Part shown: positions 28,540 through 38,190 of the stretch, piece by piece | Layout of the letters: the number at the start of each line of letters is the position of its first letter | Numbering within the stretch: the first letter of the stretch is position 1 | NCBI GenBank assembly: GCA_041752695.1 | Contig: JBGSVZ010000101.1 | Span: 17,856 to 81,855 of the forward strand | DNA length: 64,000 bases | Direction of reading: 5' to 3' | Source: Terrimicrobiaceae bacterium | Lineage (GTDB): Bacteria; Verrucomicrobiota; Verrucomicrobiia; Chthoniobacterales; Terrimicrobiaceae | The notes under the pieces: generated by a model | The model's input: the letters and a program-made list of their open reading frames with translations, nothing else | What the model was told of the DNA's origin: nothing | Database searches by the model: none | Translations under genes and position numbers: made by a program

Positions 28540-29684
28540 GCCCGGAGAGGTTCGGTGGAGAGGAGCTTTTCCAGATTCCGGCCGATGCACGCTCCCATTT
28601 CGCGCGTTCCGACAACGCGACTTCCGGGCTCGGCGACATCCGGCGTTCGCCAGTTTTCGCGGAGCGTCGTTTCCACGGCTTCTTCGATCGCGGCGGCCAG
28701 CGACAGGTCTCCGAAACCTTCGCGCATCAACATGGCCAGCGAGAGGATCTGCCCGATGGGATTGGCCTGGCCGGTGCCGGCGAGGTCATGCGCCGCGCCA
28801 TGGCCGGTCTGAAACACGCACCGGCCCGCCTCGCCGAAATTTCCCGAGAATGACAAGCCGCGAGAACCCAGCAGCAGGCTTGCGCCATCGGAAAGAATGT
28901 CGCCAAAGGTGTTCGGTGCCGCCACCACGTCGAAGCGCGCCGGGTCGGCGATCATTTGATAAATCGCGTTGTCCACCTCAAGAATCTCACAGGCGACGGA
29001 GGAGGTTTCGGAAAGCTCGGTCAGGATCTGTTTCCAAAGGGTGCTGATGGCGGGAATGCCTCCCGGTTTTAACACCACGCAGAGACGGCCGTCCCGCATC
29101 TCCGCGAGACGCATTGCGGTGAGGAGGATACGCTGAATGTGCGTCTCCGAATACCCGAAGGTGTGCTTCGCGATTCGTTCCGGCTTGTCCCCCACGGTGC
29201 TCTCTCCAAAATACAAGCCGGCGATGTTTTCCCGCACTACGACGATGTCCGTGGCGTCCACCACGTGGGGTTTCAACACGCCGGCATTGCGCAGGGCGGC
29301 GGCGGGACGGATCGGGGTGAATTTACAATAGAGATCAAATTCCGCGCGTAGGTCGTAGACAAATCGCCCCCCGCCCGGACCGCAAAGAACCGCGCCATGG
29401 GCCGCAAAAATGGACGCACAGAAATCCACCACCTCCGGGGTCAGGGCGCAGCCGGATTCCGCCACGGCAGGCAGGCCGATTTTGCCGCCTTCCCGGATTT
29501 CAAACTGCCGGCCAGTGGTCCCGGTGATGACATTCAGCACATCCAGCGCGGCAGAAATAATTTCCGGTCCGATGCCCTCGCCGGGCAAAACGCCGATTAC
29601 GGCCGGGCTGCTCTCCGGGGAGTGGTCGGCCCACTCCGGCAGAGCGGAAACGAGCCGCAGATTGCGGGGGGATGGGACAGGCAT
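28536..29684 (-). CDS. Isocitrate/isopropylmalate-family beta-decarboxylating dehydrogenase (divergent LeuB-like; start uncertain)
   Basis: LPGEGIGPEI, VVRENIAGLYFG, VDN, NTFGDILSD, GHGAAHDLAG..ANP. Confidence 0.85.
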   Translation of the reverse strand: MPVPSPRNLRLVSALPEWADHSPESSPAVIGVLPGEGIGPEIISAALDVLNVITGTTGRQFEIREGGKIGLPAVAESGCALTPEVVDFCASIFAAHGAVLCGPGGGRFVYDLRAEFDLYCKFTPIRPAAALRNAGVLKPHVVDATDIVVVRENIAGLYFGESTVGDKPERIAKHTFGYSETHIQRILLTAMRLAEMRDGRLCVVLKPGGIPAISTLWKQILTELSETSSVACEILEVDNAIYQMIADPARFDVVAAPNTFGDILSDGASLLLGSRGLSFSGNFGEAGRCVFQTGHGAAHDLAGTGQANPIGQILSLAMLMREGFGDLSLAAAIEEAVETTLRENWRTPDVAEPGSRVVGTREMGACIGRNLEKLLSTEPLRA

Positions 29685-29709
29685 CAAATCGTTCAAAACT
29701 GCGGACGAG

Positions 29710-31182
29710 CTACTTGGTGGCGGGAGGGAAGTCAAGAGTAGGCGTGGTTCCCGGTCGGGCCAGCGAGTTTCGGTCGGATTCGGCGTAAAACTCCGAGTCA
29801 AAATCGAGGACCTTGCCTCCGGGCGATTCGGTGATCGGTTCCCCGCCGCTCACGGTGAGGGGTAGGCCCTCCGCCACTCGCGCCCAAGCCTCCTGCAGGC
29901 GCGAGGCAAACTCTGGCGGCAGGGGGCCGGTGGTTTGCACGCGTACGGCGAAGCGATTGTTGCGGTCCTGGTAAATCTGGTGACGCCGAAGGGTACGGGT
30001 TAGTTCCCGCGGCATGGCCGCCAGCGCATCGCCCAGGACGGAGACGCGCTGGCGCGTTCCCTCGGGCAATCCCGCGTAGCGGCGGAAACGTCCGGCAATT
30101 TCGCCAAAGGACGGCAGCGTTCGTCCGCAGGAACAGGGGCCTTCCACCGCCTGGGCGATGTCGCCCGTGTCGTAGCGGATCAGCGGCATGGCCAGATTCT
30201 GGAGGCTGGTCACGAGGAGGTGCCCGGTTTTTGCCGGCAGACACGGTTGTCCGGTCTCGTCTGCGATTTCCACAAGGCAATGCTCGGTGTTCACATGATA
30301 TCGTCCCGCTCCGCAGCGAATGGCCACGAGGCCCAACTCGTTGAGTCCGTAATTTTGTTCGAAGGGCACTTGGTAGGTTTTCTCAATATGGGCCCGCATT
30401 GCCGGGGTGGCGGTGGCACCGATGCCCAGCAGGGACTTCAGGCTGTCCACCGGCGGCGTGCCTTCGCAAGCGAGACTGAGTTCTTCAAAGACACCCGGGT
30501 ATGCGAGCAGATAGTCGGGACGGAAACGGCGCAGCCATGCGACCTGTTTTTCCGCCGGATTTTTTGTGCTGAAGCTCAATTCCGGCCCGGTCTCAAAATG
30601 CCTCCCGAGGTAGAGCCAGCAAGGACGGCGCAGCGCCGAGCCCGGGGGGAGGGCCTTTCCCGCACTCAGCGGCATGGTGGAGGGAAGGCGGATCTTCGCG
30701 AAACGCCCTGCCGGATCGTAGCGAAACCAGCGCGCTTGGCGGTGCCACAAAAGCCCGAACATCTGCGTGCCCGAACGCGACATCAGGACTGTGACGGGCG
30801 TGCCGGTGGTTCCCGTGGATTTTGCAGTGATGGGGGGCCCTTCGCCGGGAGGAAGCCAGTCGGACTTCAACGCCTTGGCGTGTTTCACCACGTCCGCCTT
30901 CGTCAAAACGGGCAACCGCGGAAGATCCGTTACGCCGCGAATCTCCCCAGGCTCCAGCGATTGGGCTTGAAAGAGTTCGCGGTAGTAGGCCACGTGGCGG
31001 TGGGCGAATTCCAGCATCCGTCCCAACGCGGTAGCCTGTCCGGCCTTATGCTCACCGGAGGAAAGAAACTCCCGCCGGACGAAACGCTCAAAAATTCCCA
31101 GATCCGTTTCTGCCGAACGCGGCCGCCACAGCGCCAGTTCGGCGAGTTCTTCCTGCAGACAGGTGGTGTCGGTGGTGCGCAT
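29710..31182 (-). CDS. Phenylacetate-CoA ligase/CapK-like adenylate-forming enzyme
   Basis: LPVLTK, STGTTGTP, YGLNE, MPLIRYDTGD, CSCGR. Confidence 0.85.
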   Translation of the reverse strand: MRTTDTTCLQEELAELALWRPRSAETDLGIFERFVRREFLSSGEHKAGQATALGRMLEFAHRHVAYYRELFQAQSLEPGEIRGVTDLPRLPVLTKADVVKHAKALKSDWLPPGEGPPITAKSTGTTGTPVTVLMSRSGTQMFGLLWHRQARWFRYDPAGRFAKIRLPSTMPLSAGKALPPGSALRRPCWLYLGRHFETGPELSFSTKNPAEKQVAWLRRFRPDYLLAYPGVFEELSLACEGTPPVDSLKSLLGIGATATPAMRAHIEKTYQVPFEQNYGLNELGLVAIRCGAGRYHVNTEHCLVEIADETGQPCLPAKTGHLLVTSLQNLAMPLIRYDTGDIAQAVEGPCSCGRTLPSFGEIAGRFRRYAGLPEGTRQRVSVLGDALAAMPRELTRTLRRHQIYQDRNNRFAVRVQTTGPLPPEFASRLQEAWARVAEGLPLTVSGGEPITESPGGKVLDFDSEFYAESDRNSLARPGTTPTLDFPPATK

Positions 31183-31329
31183 GGGGCAGCGGGGCCTGAT
31201 GATTTTGCCGCACGGTAGCCCGGCGGCGGGTTCTGGCAAGGTCAAGACGGGTTGCGGATGGTCCGGTGGTCCTGATCGTCGGGCTCGGCAACGACTCTGC
31301 AAATCCTCACCGGGGGACGGAAAAGATTT

Positions 31330-31351
31330 AGAGTCCAGCCTTTAGGCTGTC
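31330..31351 (+). repeat. REP-like repeat, copy 2 (supplies the stop codon of the coaB-like gene)
   Basis: AGAGTCCAGCCTTTAGGCTGTC. Confidence 0.85.
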
Positions 31352-31968
31352 TGCTCCGCCGCCCACCTTGCCAGGAACGCGCACAGTCCCGGCCGTGTCG
31401 CGTGGTGGTTCACGGAGTCGTTTTCCAGTACGCCGAGTCCGCCACCGTAGGCCGGGCCATTGACCACACAGGCGGAGGTGTTGCATTTGGCGATCTGATG
31501 CCGTCCGCGTTCGATGGCGTCCTGGCGGCTGCCGTCCACTTCATATTTCCAACCGACGATCACGGCTTCGGGAAAAAGGGGACGCAGGAGCGGAAGCACT
31601 TTCGCGGCGGGTTTTAGCACGAGACGCAATTCGGGCGTGTCGCTGCGGATTTTTCCTGCCGCCAGCGAATCCTGCACCACGGTGAAGTCACACAATGCCG
31701 CCGCATGAAAAATGACCTGCGGAGGTTCGATGCCCTCCAGAATTTCGATGAGCGATCCATTTGTGTGGAACGACCGGACCTGCACGCCGACCGGAGCGGG
31801 ATGGGTTGCCATGGTACCGCGCAGGCAAGTCACGGCAAAACCGGCCGCCGCCAGAGCCTCGCTGAGCATGGTTCCGAGTTCGCCGGTGGAATGATTGGTG
31901 ATGCAACGCACGGCATCAATCGGTTCGTAGGCGGGACCGCAGGTGACGAGAGCGGCGGGAACGGGCAT
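31342..31968 (-). CDS. Phosphopantothenoylcysteine synthetase-like (CoaB/DFP domain)
   Basis: LVTCGPAYEPIDAVRCITNHSTGELG, HAAALCDF, VGWKYE. Confidence 0.85.
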   Translation of the reverse strand: MPVPAALVTCGPAYEPIDAVRCITNHSTGELGTMLSEALAAAGFAVTCLRGTMATHPAPVGVQVRSFHTNGSLIEILEGIEPPQVIFHAAALCDFTVVQDSLAAGKIRSDTPELRLVLKPAAKVLPLLRPLFPEAVIVGWKYEVDGSRQDAIERGRHQIAKCNTSACVVNGPAYGGGLGVLENDSVNHHATRPGLCAFLARWAAEQTA

Positions 31969-32046
31969 GGCGTGAGATAACCCGCTTCCCCGCCCGCCCT
32001 CAACTCCGAAGTGACAGCGCCCGCCCCGACTGCTTAAAGTTGGCTG

Positions 32047-33489
32047 ATGAACATCCTCATGGCTTCTGCGGAAATGTCGCCCTTTCTTCGCAACGGAGAA
32101 CTGGGTGACGCCGTGGCGAATCTCTCCGGCGAACTCCGTCGCCTGGGCCACGAAGTCAGCGTCGTCGTGCCCTGCTACCGCGCCATCCGCGAAGGGAAAA
32201 CCAAACTGAAAAAGACCGGCGTCAAGTTTAGCGTCAATGTTGGTGCCGGCCGCTATCCGTGCGAAATTTTCGAAATGAAATCCCCGGACGGCGTGCAGGT
32301 TTTCCTGGTCTCGCGGGACGAATATTTCGACCGCTCCGGTGTTTACGGTGTGGACGGTCGCGACTACCAGGACAATGCCGCGCGATTCATATTTTTCACG
32401 AAATGCGCCATAGAACTCGCCCGCCGGATGGAGCCCGTGCCGGACATTTTTCACGCCCATAGTTGGGAAACCGCCCTCGCGCCCGTCTTCTGCCGCGACC
32501 AGCGTCTGCCCTTCCGCACGGTCCTGACGCCGCACGGGCTCGAATATCAGGGCAATTTCTGGAGCTACGACTTCTCGCTCACCAACCTTCCCGGCGAATA
32601 TTTTGGCGCCCGCGGCGTGGAATATTTTGGCAGCATGAATTGCCTCAAAGGAGGGATCCTCTACGCCGACGCGGTCGTCCTTCCCGGGGAGCGTTTTGTT
32701 GGCGAAGCGCAGACGCCGCTCGGCGGTTGCGGACTCGACCCCGTCCTGCGCGAGCACCAGCACAAACTCTTTGGCATTCCCACGCCCGCGGGCCTCGACG
32801 AGTGGCTCCCCGCCACCGACGCCACGCTCACCGATAAATACAGCGCCGCTCAGCCGGAGAACCGCGCCAAAAACCGCCCCGTGGCCCTCCAAGCCTTCGC
32901 GCTTGATGCCGAGCCTGCGCGCGCCGTCTTTCTGGCTTTCGCTGATGCCAGTCCCGGTACGGACTTGCTGCTGGCGTCCCTGGACCGGTTGTTAGCCGAC
33001 AATTGCCGCCTCATTCTTCTCGGCGCTGTTGATGCCGCGCTTACCGTGGAATTGGAAGTTGCACGTCGTAAACACCGCGGCCGTTTTACTCATCTCGCGG
33101 ACTTCGATGACGCGCTGGCCCGGAAAGCCCTGGCGGGGGCAGACGTTTTGCTGCTGCCGGGTCCCGTGGAACCCCGAGCCGTCTGGCTGCGCCGCGCCAT
33201 CCGCTACGGTGTCGTTCCCGCTGCGTTGCAATGCGACGGACTGTTCCAACTCGTCCGTGACTGGGAACCATCCCGATCAGCGGGCAATGGTTTCGTCTTC
33301 CGCGCCGCCACTGCCGACGGTTTGCTCGACATCAGTCGCCGCGCCATCAACGCCCTCGACGATTCCTCGCAAAACGCAGCGCTGCTGACCGCCAATCTCG
33401 CCACCGACTTCTCCCCCGAGGCCTCGGCCCGGGCGCATCTGGCGCTCTACACACGGCTGCTGGGTGGAAAAACGTCGAAGGCAGCGTAG
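32047..33489 (+). CDS. Glycogen synthase-like GT5 protein with degenerate motifs
   Basis: MNILMASAEMSPF, DYQDNAARF, HAHSWETAL, YQG, NCLKGGI. The KxGGL motif is replaced by RNGEL. Confidence 0.8.
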   Translation: MNILMASAEMSPFLRNGELGDAVANLSGELRRLGHEVSVVVPCYRAIREGKTKLKKTGVKFSVNVGAGRYPCEIFEMKSPDGVQVFLVSRDEYFDRSGVYGVDGRDYQDNAARFIFFTKCAIELARRMEPVPDIFHAHSWETALAPVFCRDQRLPFRTVLTPHGLEYQGNFWSYDFSLTNLPGEYFGARGVEYFGSMNCLKGGILYADAVVLPGERFVGEAQTPLGGCGLDPVLREHQHKLFGIPTPAGLDEWLPATDATLTDKYSAAQPENRAKNRPVALQAFALDAEPARAVFLAFADASPGTDLLLASLDRLLADNCRLILLGAVDAALTVELEVARRKHRGRFTHLADFDDALARKALAGADVLLLPGPVEPRAVWLRRAIRYGVVPAALQCDGLFQLVRDWEPSRSAGNGFVFRAATADGLLDISRRAINALDDSSQNAALLTANLATDFSPEASARAHLALYTRLLGGKTSKAA

Positions 33490-33585
33490 GTCGCGATGCA
33501 AATGAGATAATTTTGCCCTCCGCCGACGAACCAACGCAGTTGGCCGGGTCGACCGAAATGGAGCCCGTCCTTGGGATAATGCGGG

Positions 33586-33610
33586 GACAGCCTAAAGGCT
33601 GGACTCCAAC
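33586..33610 (-). repeat. REP-like repeat, copy 3 (inverted)
   Basis: GACAGCCTAAAGGCTGGACTCCAAC. Confidence 0.85.
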
Positions 33611-33637
33611 CTTTTGCCCGGTGATGTTTCGGAGGTC

Positions 33638-34987
33638 ATGCTGCCGCAGTTGATTTCCGAGATTCCCGGTCCGCGATCCCGGGCCTGCGCGGAAAAATTG
33701 CGCGCTTACGAAGCCCGCGGGGTGACTTGGATGGCGGCGGATTTTCCGGTGTTTTGGGAACGCGGGGAGGGGACGAATGTTTGGGACGTGGATGGGAATC
33801 GGTTTTTGGATCTCACGGCGGCGTTTGCGGTGAGTGGCCTGGGGCACGGAGCGCGGGTTTTGCAGGATGCGGTGCAAGGACAAGCCCGGCAGCTGCTGCA
33901 CGCCATGGGGGATGTGCATCCGGCGGCGGGGAAGGCGGAACTTTGCGAAGCCCTGAGCGCGATCACGTTTGAGCGCTGGGGGGCGGGGACGGGGCGGACC
34001 TTTTTGGGCAACTCGGGATCCGAGGCTGTCGAGGCGGCCCTCAAGACTGCTCTGCTGGGGACGGGCAAACCGGGAGTGATTTCTTTTGAAGGCGGGTATC
34101 ATGGGCTGGGGCATGGTGCGCTGGAAACGAGCGGACTGCCGTATTTTCGCGAACCATTCGAAGCCCAGCTTGGGAGGTTTGGGGTGAAGGTGCCTTATCC
34201 CCGGCGGACGGAGGATCTCGCCGGCGTCGAAGAGGCCCTGGAGGGCGCGTTCAGGCAGCAGAACATGGGGTGTGTCTTGGTCGAGCCGGTGCAGGGACGG
34301 GGCGGGGAGATCATTCCGCCGATGGCGTTTTTGCCGATGCTCCGCCATCTCTGCGATGCGCATGGCGTGGTGCTGGTGCTCGACGAGATCTACACGGGTT
34401 TTCATCGCACCGGGCGATTTTTTGCCTGTGAACACTCCGGCGTGGTGCCCGACATGATTTGCCTCGGCAAGGGGCTGAGCGGGGGATTTCCCATTTCGGC
34501 CTGCGTGGGTAAAGCGGAGGTGATGGACGCCTGGCCGCTTTCGCAGGGCGAGGCCCTGCACACGAGTACCACACTGGGCAATCCGCTCGGCTGCGCAATG
34601 GCTCTGGCCTCCATTGCCGAACACCGCAAGCCGGAAACCGCGGAAAAGGCGCGGAGCGCAGGACGGAGGCTGGAAAGCGCGTTGAGGGAAATTTCGTCTC
34701 CACGCATTGCGGAGGTGCGCGGGCTCGGGGCCATGCTGGGCGTGGAGTTGGTGCGGGAAGATGGTTCTCCCGACGGCGGGCTGGCGGGGGCCATCATGCG
34801 TTGGGGGCTGCGGGATGGGTTGATTTTGCTGGGTGGCGGGCCTGCGGGAAATGTGCTGTCGTTTTCCCCACCGTTTGGAATTACTGATGAGGAAATCGCC
34901 TTTCTCATCGAAAAGCTGCGGGACTACTTCGCAAGCCCGGTCTATGACGGGCCGGGAACGGTGAAGCTGGCTGAAACCCCATTATGA
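33638..34987 (+). CDS. Class III PLP-dependent aminotransferase
   Basis: DVDGNRFLD, NSGSEAVE, GYHG, EPVQG, DEIYTGFHRTG, GKGLSGG. Confidence 0.92.
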   Translation: MLPQLISEIPGPRSRACAEKLRAYEARGVTWMAADFPVFWERGEGTNVWDVDGNRFLDLTAAFAVSGLGHGARVLQDAVQGQARQLLHAMGDVHPAAGKAELCEALSAITFERWGAGTGRTFLGNSGSEAVEAALKTALLGTGKPGVISFEGGYHGLGHGALETSGLPYFREPFEAQLGRFGVKVPYPRRTEDLAGVEEALEGAFRQQNMGCVLVEPVQGRGGEIIPPMAFLPMLRHLCDAHGVVLVLDEIYTGFHRTGRFFACEHSGVVPDMICLGKGLSGGFPISACVGKAEVMDAWPLSQGEALHTSTTLGNPLGCAMALASIAEHRKPETAEKARSAGRRLESALREISSPRIAEVRGLGAMLGVELVREDGSPDGGLAGAIMRWGLRDGLILLGGGPAGNVLSFSPPFGITDEEIAFLIEKLRDYFASPVYDGPGTVKLAETPL

Positions 34988-35532
34988 AACTGCATTCCGA
35001 GATCGAACCCGAACTTGCTGATTGGATCGGGCACCAGAAGATTTTTTTTGTCGGCTCCGCGCCGCTTTCCGGCGACGGCCACGTCAATATCTCGCCGAAG
35101 GGCGGCGAGGCGTTTCGTGTGCTCGGACCGCTGGAGGTGGCGTATCAGGACTACACCGGCAGCGGTGCGGAGACGGCGGCACATGTTCGCGAAAACGGTC
35201 GCATCGTGATCATGTTCTGCGCGTTTGAGGGTGGTCCGAAGATTGTGCGTCTGCATGGCAAGGCGGCGGTTTTATTGCCGGGCGATCCAGGCTTCGAGGA
35301 GTTGGCAGCGCACTTCCCGAACAACCCCGGGACGAGGGCGATCTTTCATCTGGCGGTCGAGCGGGTGACGGACTCCTGTGGATACTCGGTGCCCTTTTAC
35401 GATTTCAAAGAACCGCGTGCCTCGCTCGACAAGTGGGCGGCGAATCAAGGCCCGGAAAAAATGGCCGAATACCGCGCGAAGAAGAACGTGCGAAGCATTG
35501 ACGGTCTGCCGGCGTTTGATTTGCCAGAGTGA
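34984..35532 (+). CDS. Pyridoxamine 5'-phosphate oxidase-like FMN-binding protein
   Basis: VNISPKG, TGSGAETAAHVRENGR, SCGYSVP. Confidence 0.85.
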   Translation: MKLHSEIEPELADWIGHQKIFFVGSAPLSGDGHVNISPKGGEAFRVLGPLEVAYQDYTGSGAETAAHVRENGRIVIMFCAFEGGPKIVRLHGKAAVLLPGDPGFEELAAHFPNNPGTRAIFHLAVERVTDSCGYSVPFYDFKEPRASLDKWAANQGPEKMAEYRAKKNVRSIDGLPAFDLPE

Positions 35533-35568
35533 CGCCTGCTTATCCGCACCGCTTGCGGATTTTTTTCC

Positions 35569-35886
35569 TCAGGAGTAGCGGACGTCCTTGCCCGGCTCCA
35601 TTTCGAAGTCATACATCACGTGGTCCGTGATGTTGGGCAAGGCCACCTCTTCACGGTATTTGATGTGGACGGGGTGGGACATATAGAGCGCGAGTTTTTC
35701 TGTGCATTCGAATTCGAGCGACAAGAAAAACGGCCACTCCTGCTGGTCGGTGATGCGTTTGCCGCAGCGGACGGCGAGAACTTCGGGAATCTTGAGCAAT
35801 TGCATGCGCGTCTCGCGCATCATCCACTCGATCTTCTCATCATCCACATCGGGTTTGAGCTTGAACAGGACAAGATGATGGATCAT
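35569..35886 (-). CDS. Dabb family stress-responsive A/B barrel protein
   Basis: MIHHLVLFKLK, IPEV, YMSHPVH. Confidence 0.85.
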   Translation of the reverse strand: MIHHLVLFKLKPDVDDEKIEWMMRETRMQLLKIPEVLAVRCGKRITDQQEWPFFLSLEFECTEKLALYMSHPVHIKYREEVALPNITDHVMYDFEMEPGKDVRYS

Positions 35887-35889
35887 CGG

Positions 35890-36267
35890 CTAGCTTTTCC
35901 AGTCCAACGCGCCTTTTTTCACGGCATAAGCATAGCCGAAAAGCAGCAGGACAACGAAGCTGAACATGCTCAACAGGATGTTCCAGGGACCGAAGATTTC
36001 GATGAAGTCCCGAAAGACCACCGCCCACGGATACATGAAGACCACCTCGATGTCGAAGAGGATGAAGAGCATGGCCACGAGGTAAAATTTGACGCTGAAA
36101 CGCGGTTGCGGTCCGGCCTCGGGAATTACGCCGCATTCGTAGGCGGTGTCCTTGGTGGCGTTGCGGCGTCCCGCGCGACCGAGAAGAATATTGGCCAGAA
36201 GCGCCACAGTGGCGAAACCGATGGCGATGAGAATGTGGATAAAAATCGGGATGTAATCCTGAAGCAT
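35890..36267 (-). CDS. nuoA: NADH-quinone oxidoreductase subunit A
   Basis: YECG, RFSVKFYLVAMLFILFDIEVVFMYPWA, KKGALDW. Confidence 0.95.
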   Translation of the reverse strand: MLQDYIPIFIHILIAIGFATVALLANILLGRAGRRNATKDTAYECGVIPEAGPQPRFSVKFYLVAMLFILFDIEVVFMYPWAVVFRDFIEIFGPWNILLSMFSFVVLLLFGYAYAVKKGALDWKS

Positions 36268-36315
36268 TGCCCTTTAGGAATACGCGGCGGTCGGGCCGCT
36301 CGGCAATCGCGAAAA

Positions 36316-38190
36316 TCAAGGGACGGCGGCGAGCGAACCCGGACGGTATTTCCAGACCGACTGGGTGAGCGTGGGATCGTAACCGGGGAGTCGCACCACC
36401 AATTCAAAATAACGGGCATCGTGGATGAACTTGCGGAGTTCCGGGTAGTCCACCGCCACCGCCAGATCGTTACCGGTGATGAGGAAGAGAGGTTTCTTCG
36501 CTTCGTCGGCAGCGCGGGCGAGACGGGTCATGGTGTCGACATCCTGGGCGCTCAAAATGTGAGGATCGTAAGATTTGACATTAACGCCGAGGGAAACGGT
36601 CATGATGTCAGCCTGACGCGGGTCGTTGGCATCCAACGACGGCCGCACGGTCAGGACCGATTCCCTGACCGATTGCAGGGAATGAGTAAGGAGCCAGTGG
36701 CGGGCGGGGTGGGTGAAGACCGCAAAAATGGCAATCCCTGCCGCCAGGAGGAGAGGCGTGGCGAAACGACTCCAAGTCGTGCGGGGCAGGTGTTGAAGGG
36801 GCCAGTCCACAGCAAGGGCCACGCAGGCACACAGCCCGGGCAGGGCAAAAATCAGATACCACTCGTAAAGATAGTTGTGATTGAGGCGGGCCATCCCATA
36901 GACGGCTAACGCGGGGAGGAGAAGGGTGACGGCGACGAGCCACCCGGCGGGACGTTCTGCGGCGAGCCGGAGGGCACCCACTGCCAACAGCAGGGCGGCT
37001 AGGACAAAAAGCGTCATTGTGAACCAGGGAAGGTTGCCTGTGAGCCAGAGCAGTTCGGGCGAGCCGGAGGCGGGGTTGTCCGAATTGTTCCAGGGAATCC
37101 CCGAGACCAAATGCGCTGCCATGTTCATGTGCCAGCGGGGGGTGAGGGAGCCGAGGGCCCGGTCGGTTTTCAGATATTCCGCGAGCTGGGGAATATTGGG
37201 AGCCATGAGTTGGAGCCAAACCATGCCGGACAGGGCGCTGGCCACAAGAAGGCGCGGCAGGTGGAGGAGGCGATCGGAAGCAGGGTGGCGAAACCATAAT
37301 GCGACCAGACCGCAAAAATTGGCCGCCACGAGCATGTACAGTGTGCCGGGATAGGCATAAAGCAGCAGGCCTTGGGAGGTGGCAAAACCCAACCACCACC
37401 GCCAGCGTCCGCTCGAAATGGCATTGAGCAGGCAAAGCACCATGTGGGGACCGAAAAGCAGGGTAAAAATGTAGCCCCGGAGCTCGATGGCGTAGCGAAT
37501 GTGCCAAGGATGGAGAGCAAGAAGGAAAGCGGCCACCACTGCGGCGCGGGCAAAACCAAGGCGTCGCAAAAGCAGGGCTAGGGTGGCGATGGAGGCGATG
37601 GCCGCGATCAGGAGTGGCCACCGGAGGACGGGTTCGGTGAAAGGCAGACCCTGAGGTTTGACCACAGCGCTCCAGACCGAGAGGGACGCCTTGGAGATGA
37701 TGGTCTGAAGGTGGTGGTTGGTCGGGAGTCGGTAGTTCCAGAAGGCGTCCTCCCAGTCAGCCTTCTTGAGCACAGGTTTTCCCGCGTTGTTGAGGCGGTA
37801 TTCTCCGAGGATCACGCGACGCAGGCTGTTGGCCTCATCGTCCCAAACACTCTGCGATATACGTTGCAGGCCGCAGACCGCGGTGATGGCCATGGCGACC
37901 AGGACCAGCGGCCAGAACCAACGCGGAGTCGAGCGAACGGGCAACCAGGATGCCGCTGGCGCAGGCAGGCGGAGGAACCACCACCGGGCTGTGGCGGCAA
38001 GGACGAGCAATACGCCGACATTGACCGCGCCGGCCCACCATTCTCCCATGGCGACATAGTGTTTGATCTTGGTCGGCTCGCCGATGTCCCACGGTTTTTT
38101 GGCAACGAGCAGCACGATAATGATGACCACGGCGGCTGCACCGCAGAGCAGACTCATCCAGGAGACGGAAGTGAGGCGGGGCGTCTTCAA
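36316..38190 (-). CDS. GT-C (PMT/ArnT-like) membrane glycosyltransferase
   Basis: QSVWDDE loop, NHHL, LRWP, HPWHIRYAIELRGY; many TM helices. Confidence 0.72.
   Translation of the reverse strand: MKTPRLTSVSWMSLLCGAAAVVIIIVLLVAKKPWDIGEPTKIKHYVAMGEWWAGAVNVGVLLVLAATARWWFLRLPAPAASWLPVRSTPRWFWPLVLVAMAITAVCGLQRISQSVWDDEANSLRRVILGEYRLNNAGKPVLKKADWEDAFWNYRLPTNHHLQTIISKASLSVWSAVVKPQGLPFTEPVLRWPLLIAAIASIATLALLLRRLGFARAAVVAAFLLALHPWHIRYAIELRGYIFTLLFGPHMVLCLLNAISSGRWRWWLGFATSQGLLLYAYPGTLYMLVAANFCGLVALWFRHPASDRLLHLPRLLVASALSGMVWLQLMAPNIPQLAEYLKTDRALGSLTPRWHMNMAAHLVSGIPWNNSDNPASGSPELLWLTGNLPWFTMTLFVLAALLLAVGALRLAAERPAGWLVAVTLLLPALAVYGMARLNHNYLYEWYLIFALPGLCACVALAVDWPLQHLPRTTWSRFATPLLLAAGIAIFAVFTHPARHWLLTHSLQSVRESVLTVRPSLDANDPRQADIMTVSLGVNVKSYDPHILSAQDVDTMTRLARAADEAKKPLFLITGNDLAVAVDYPELRKFIHDARYFELVVRLPGYDPTLTQSVWKYRPGSLAAVP

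Noticed and set aside
31969..32892. N-terminal extension of the coaB-like ORF
   Set aside because: Antisense to the glgA-like gene; the DFP domain starts at ATG 31968.
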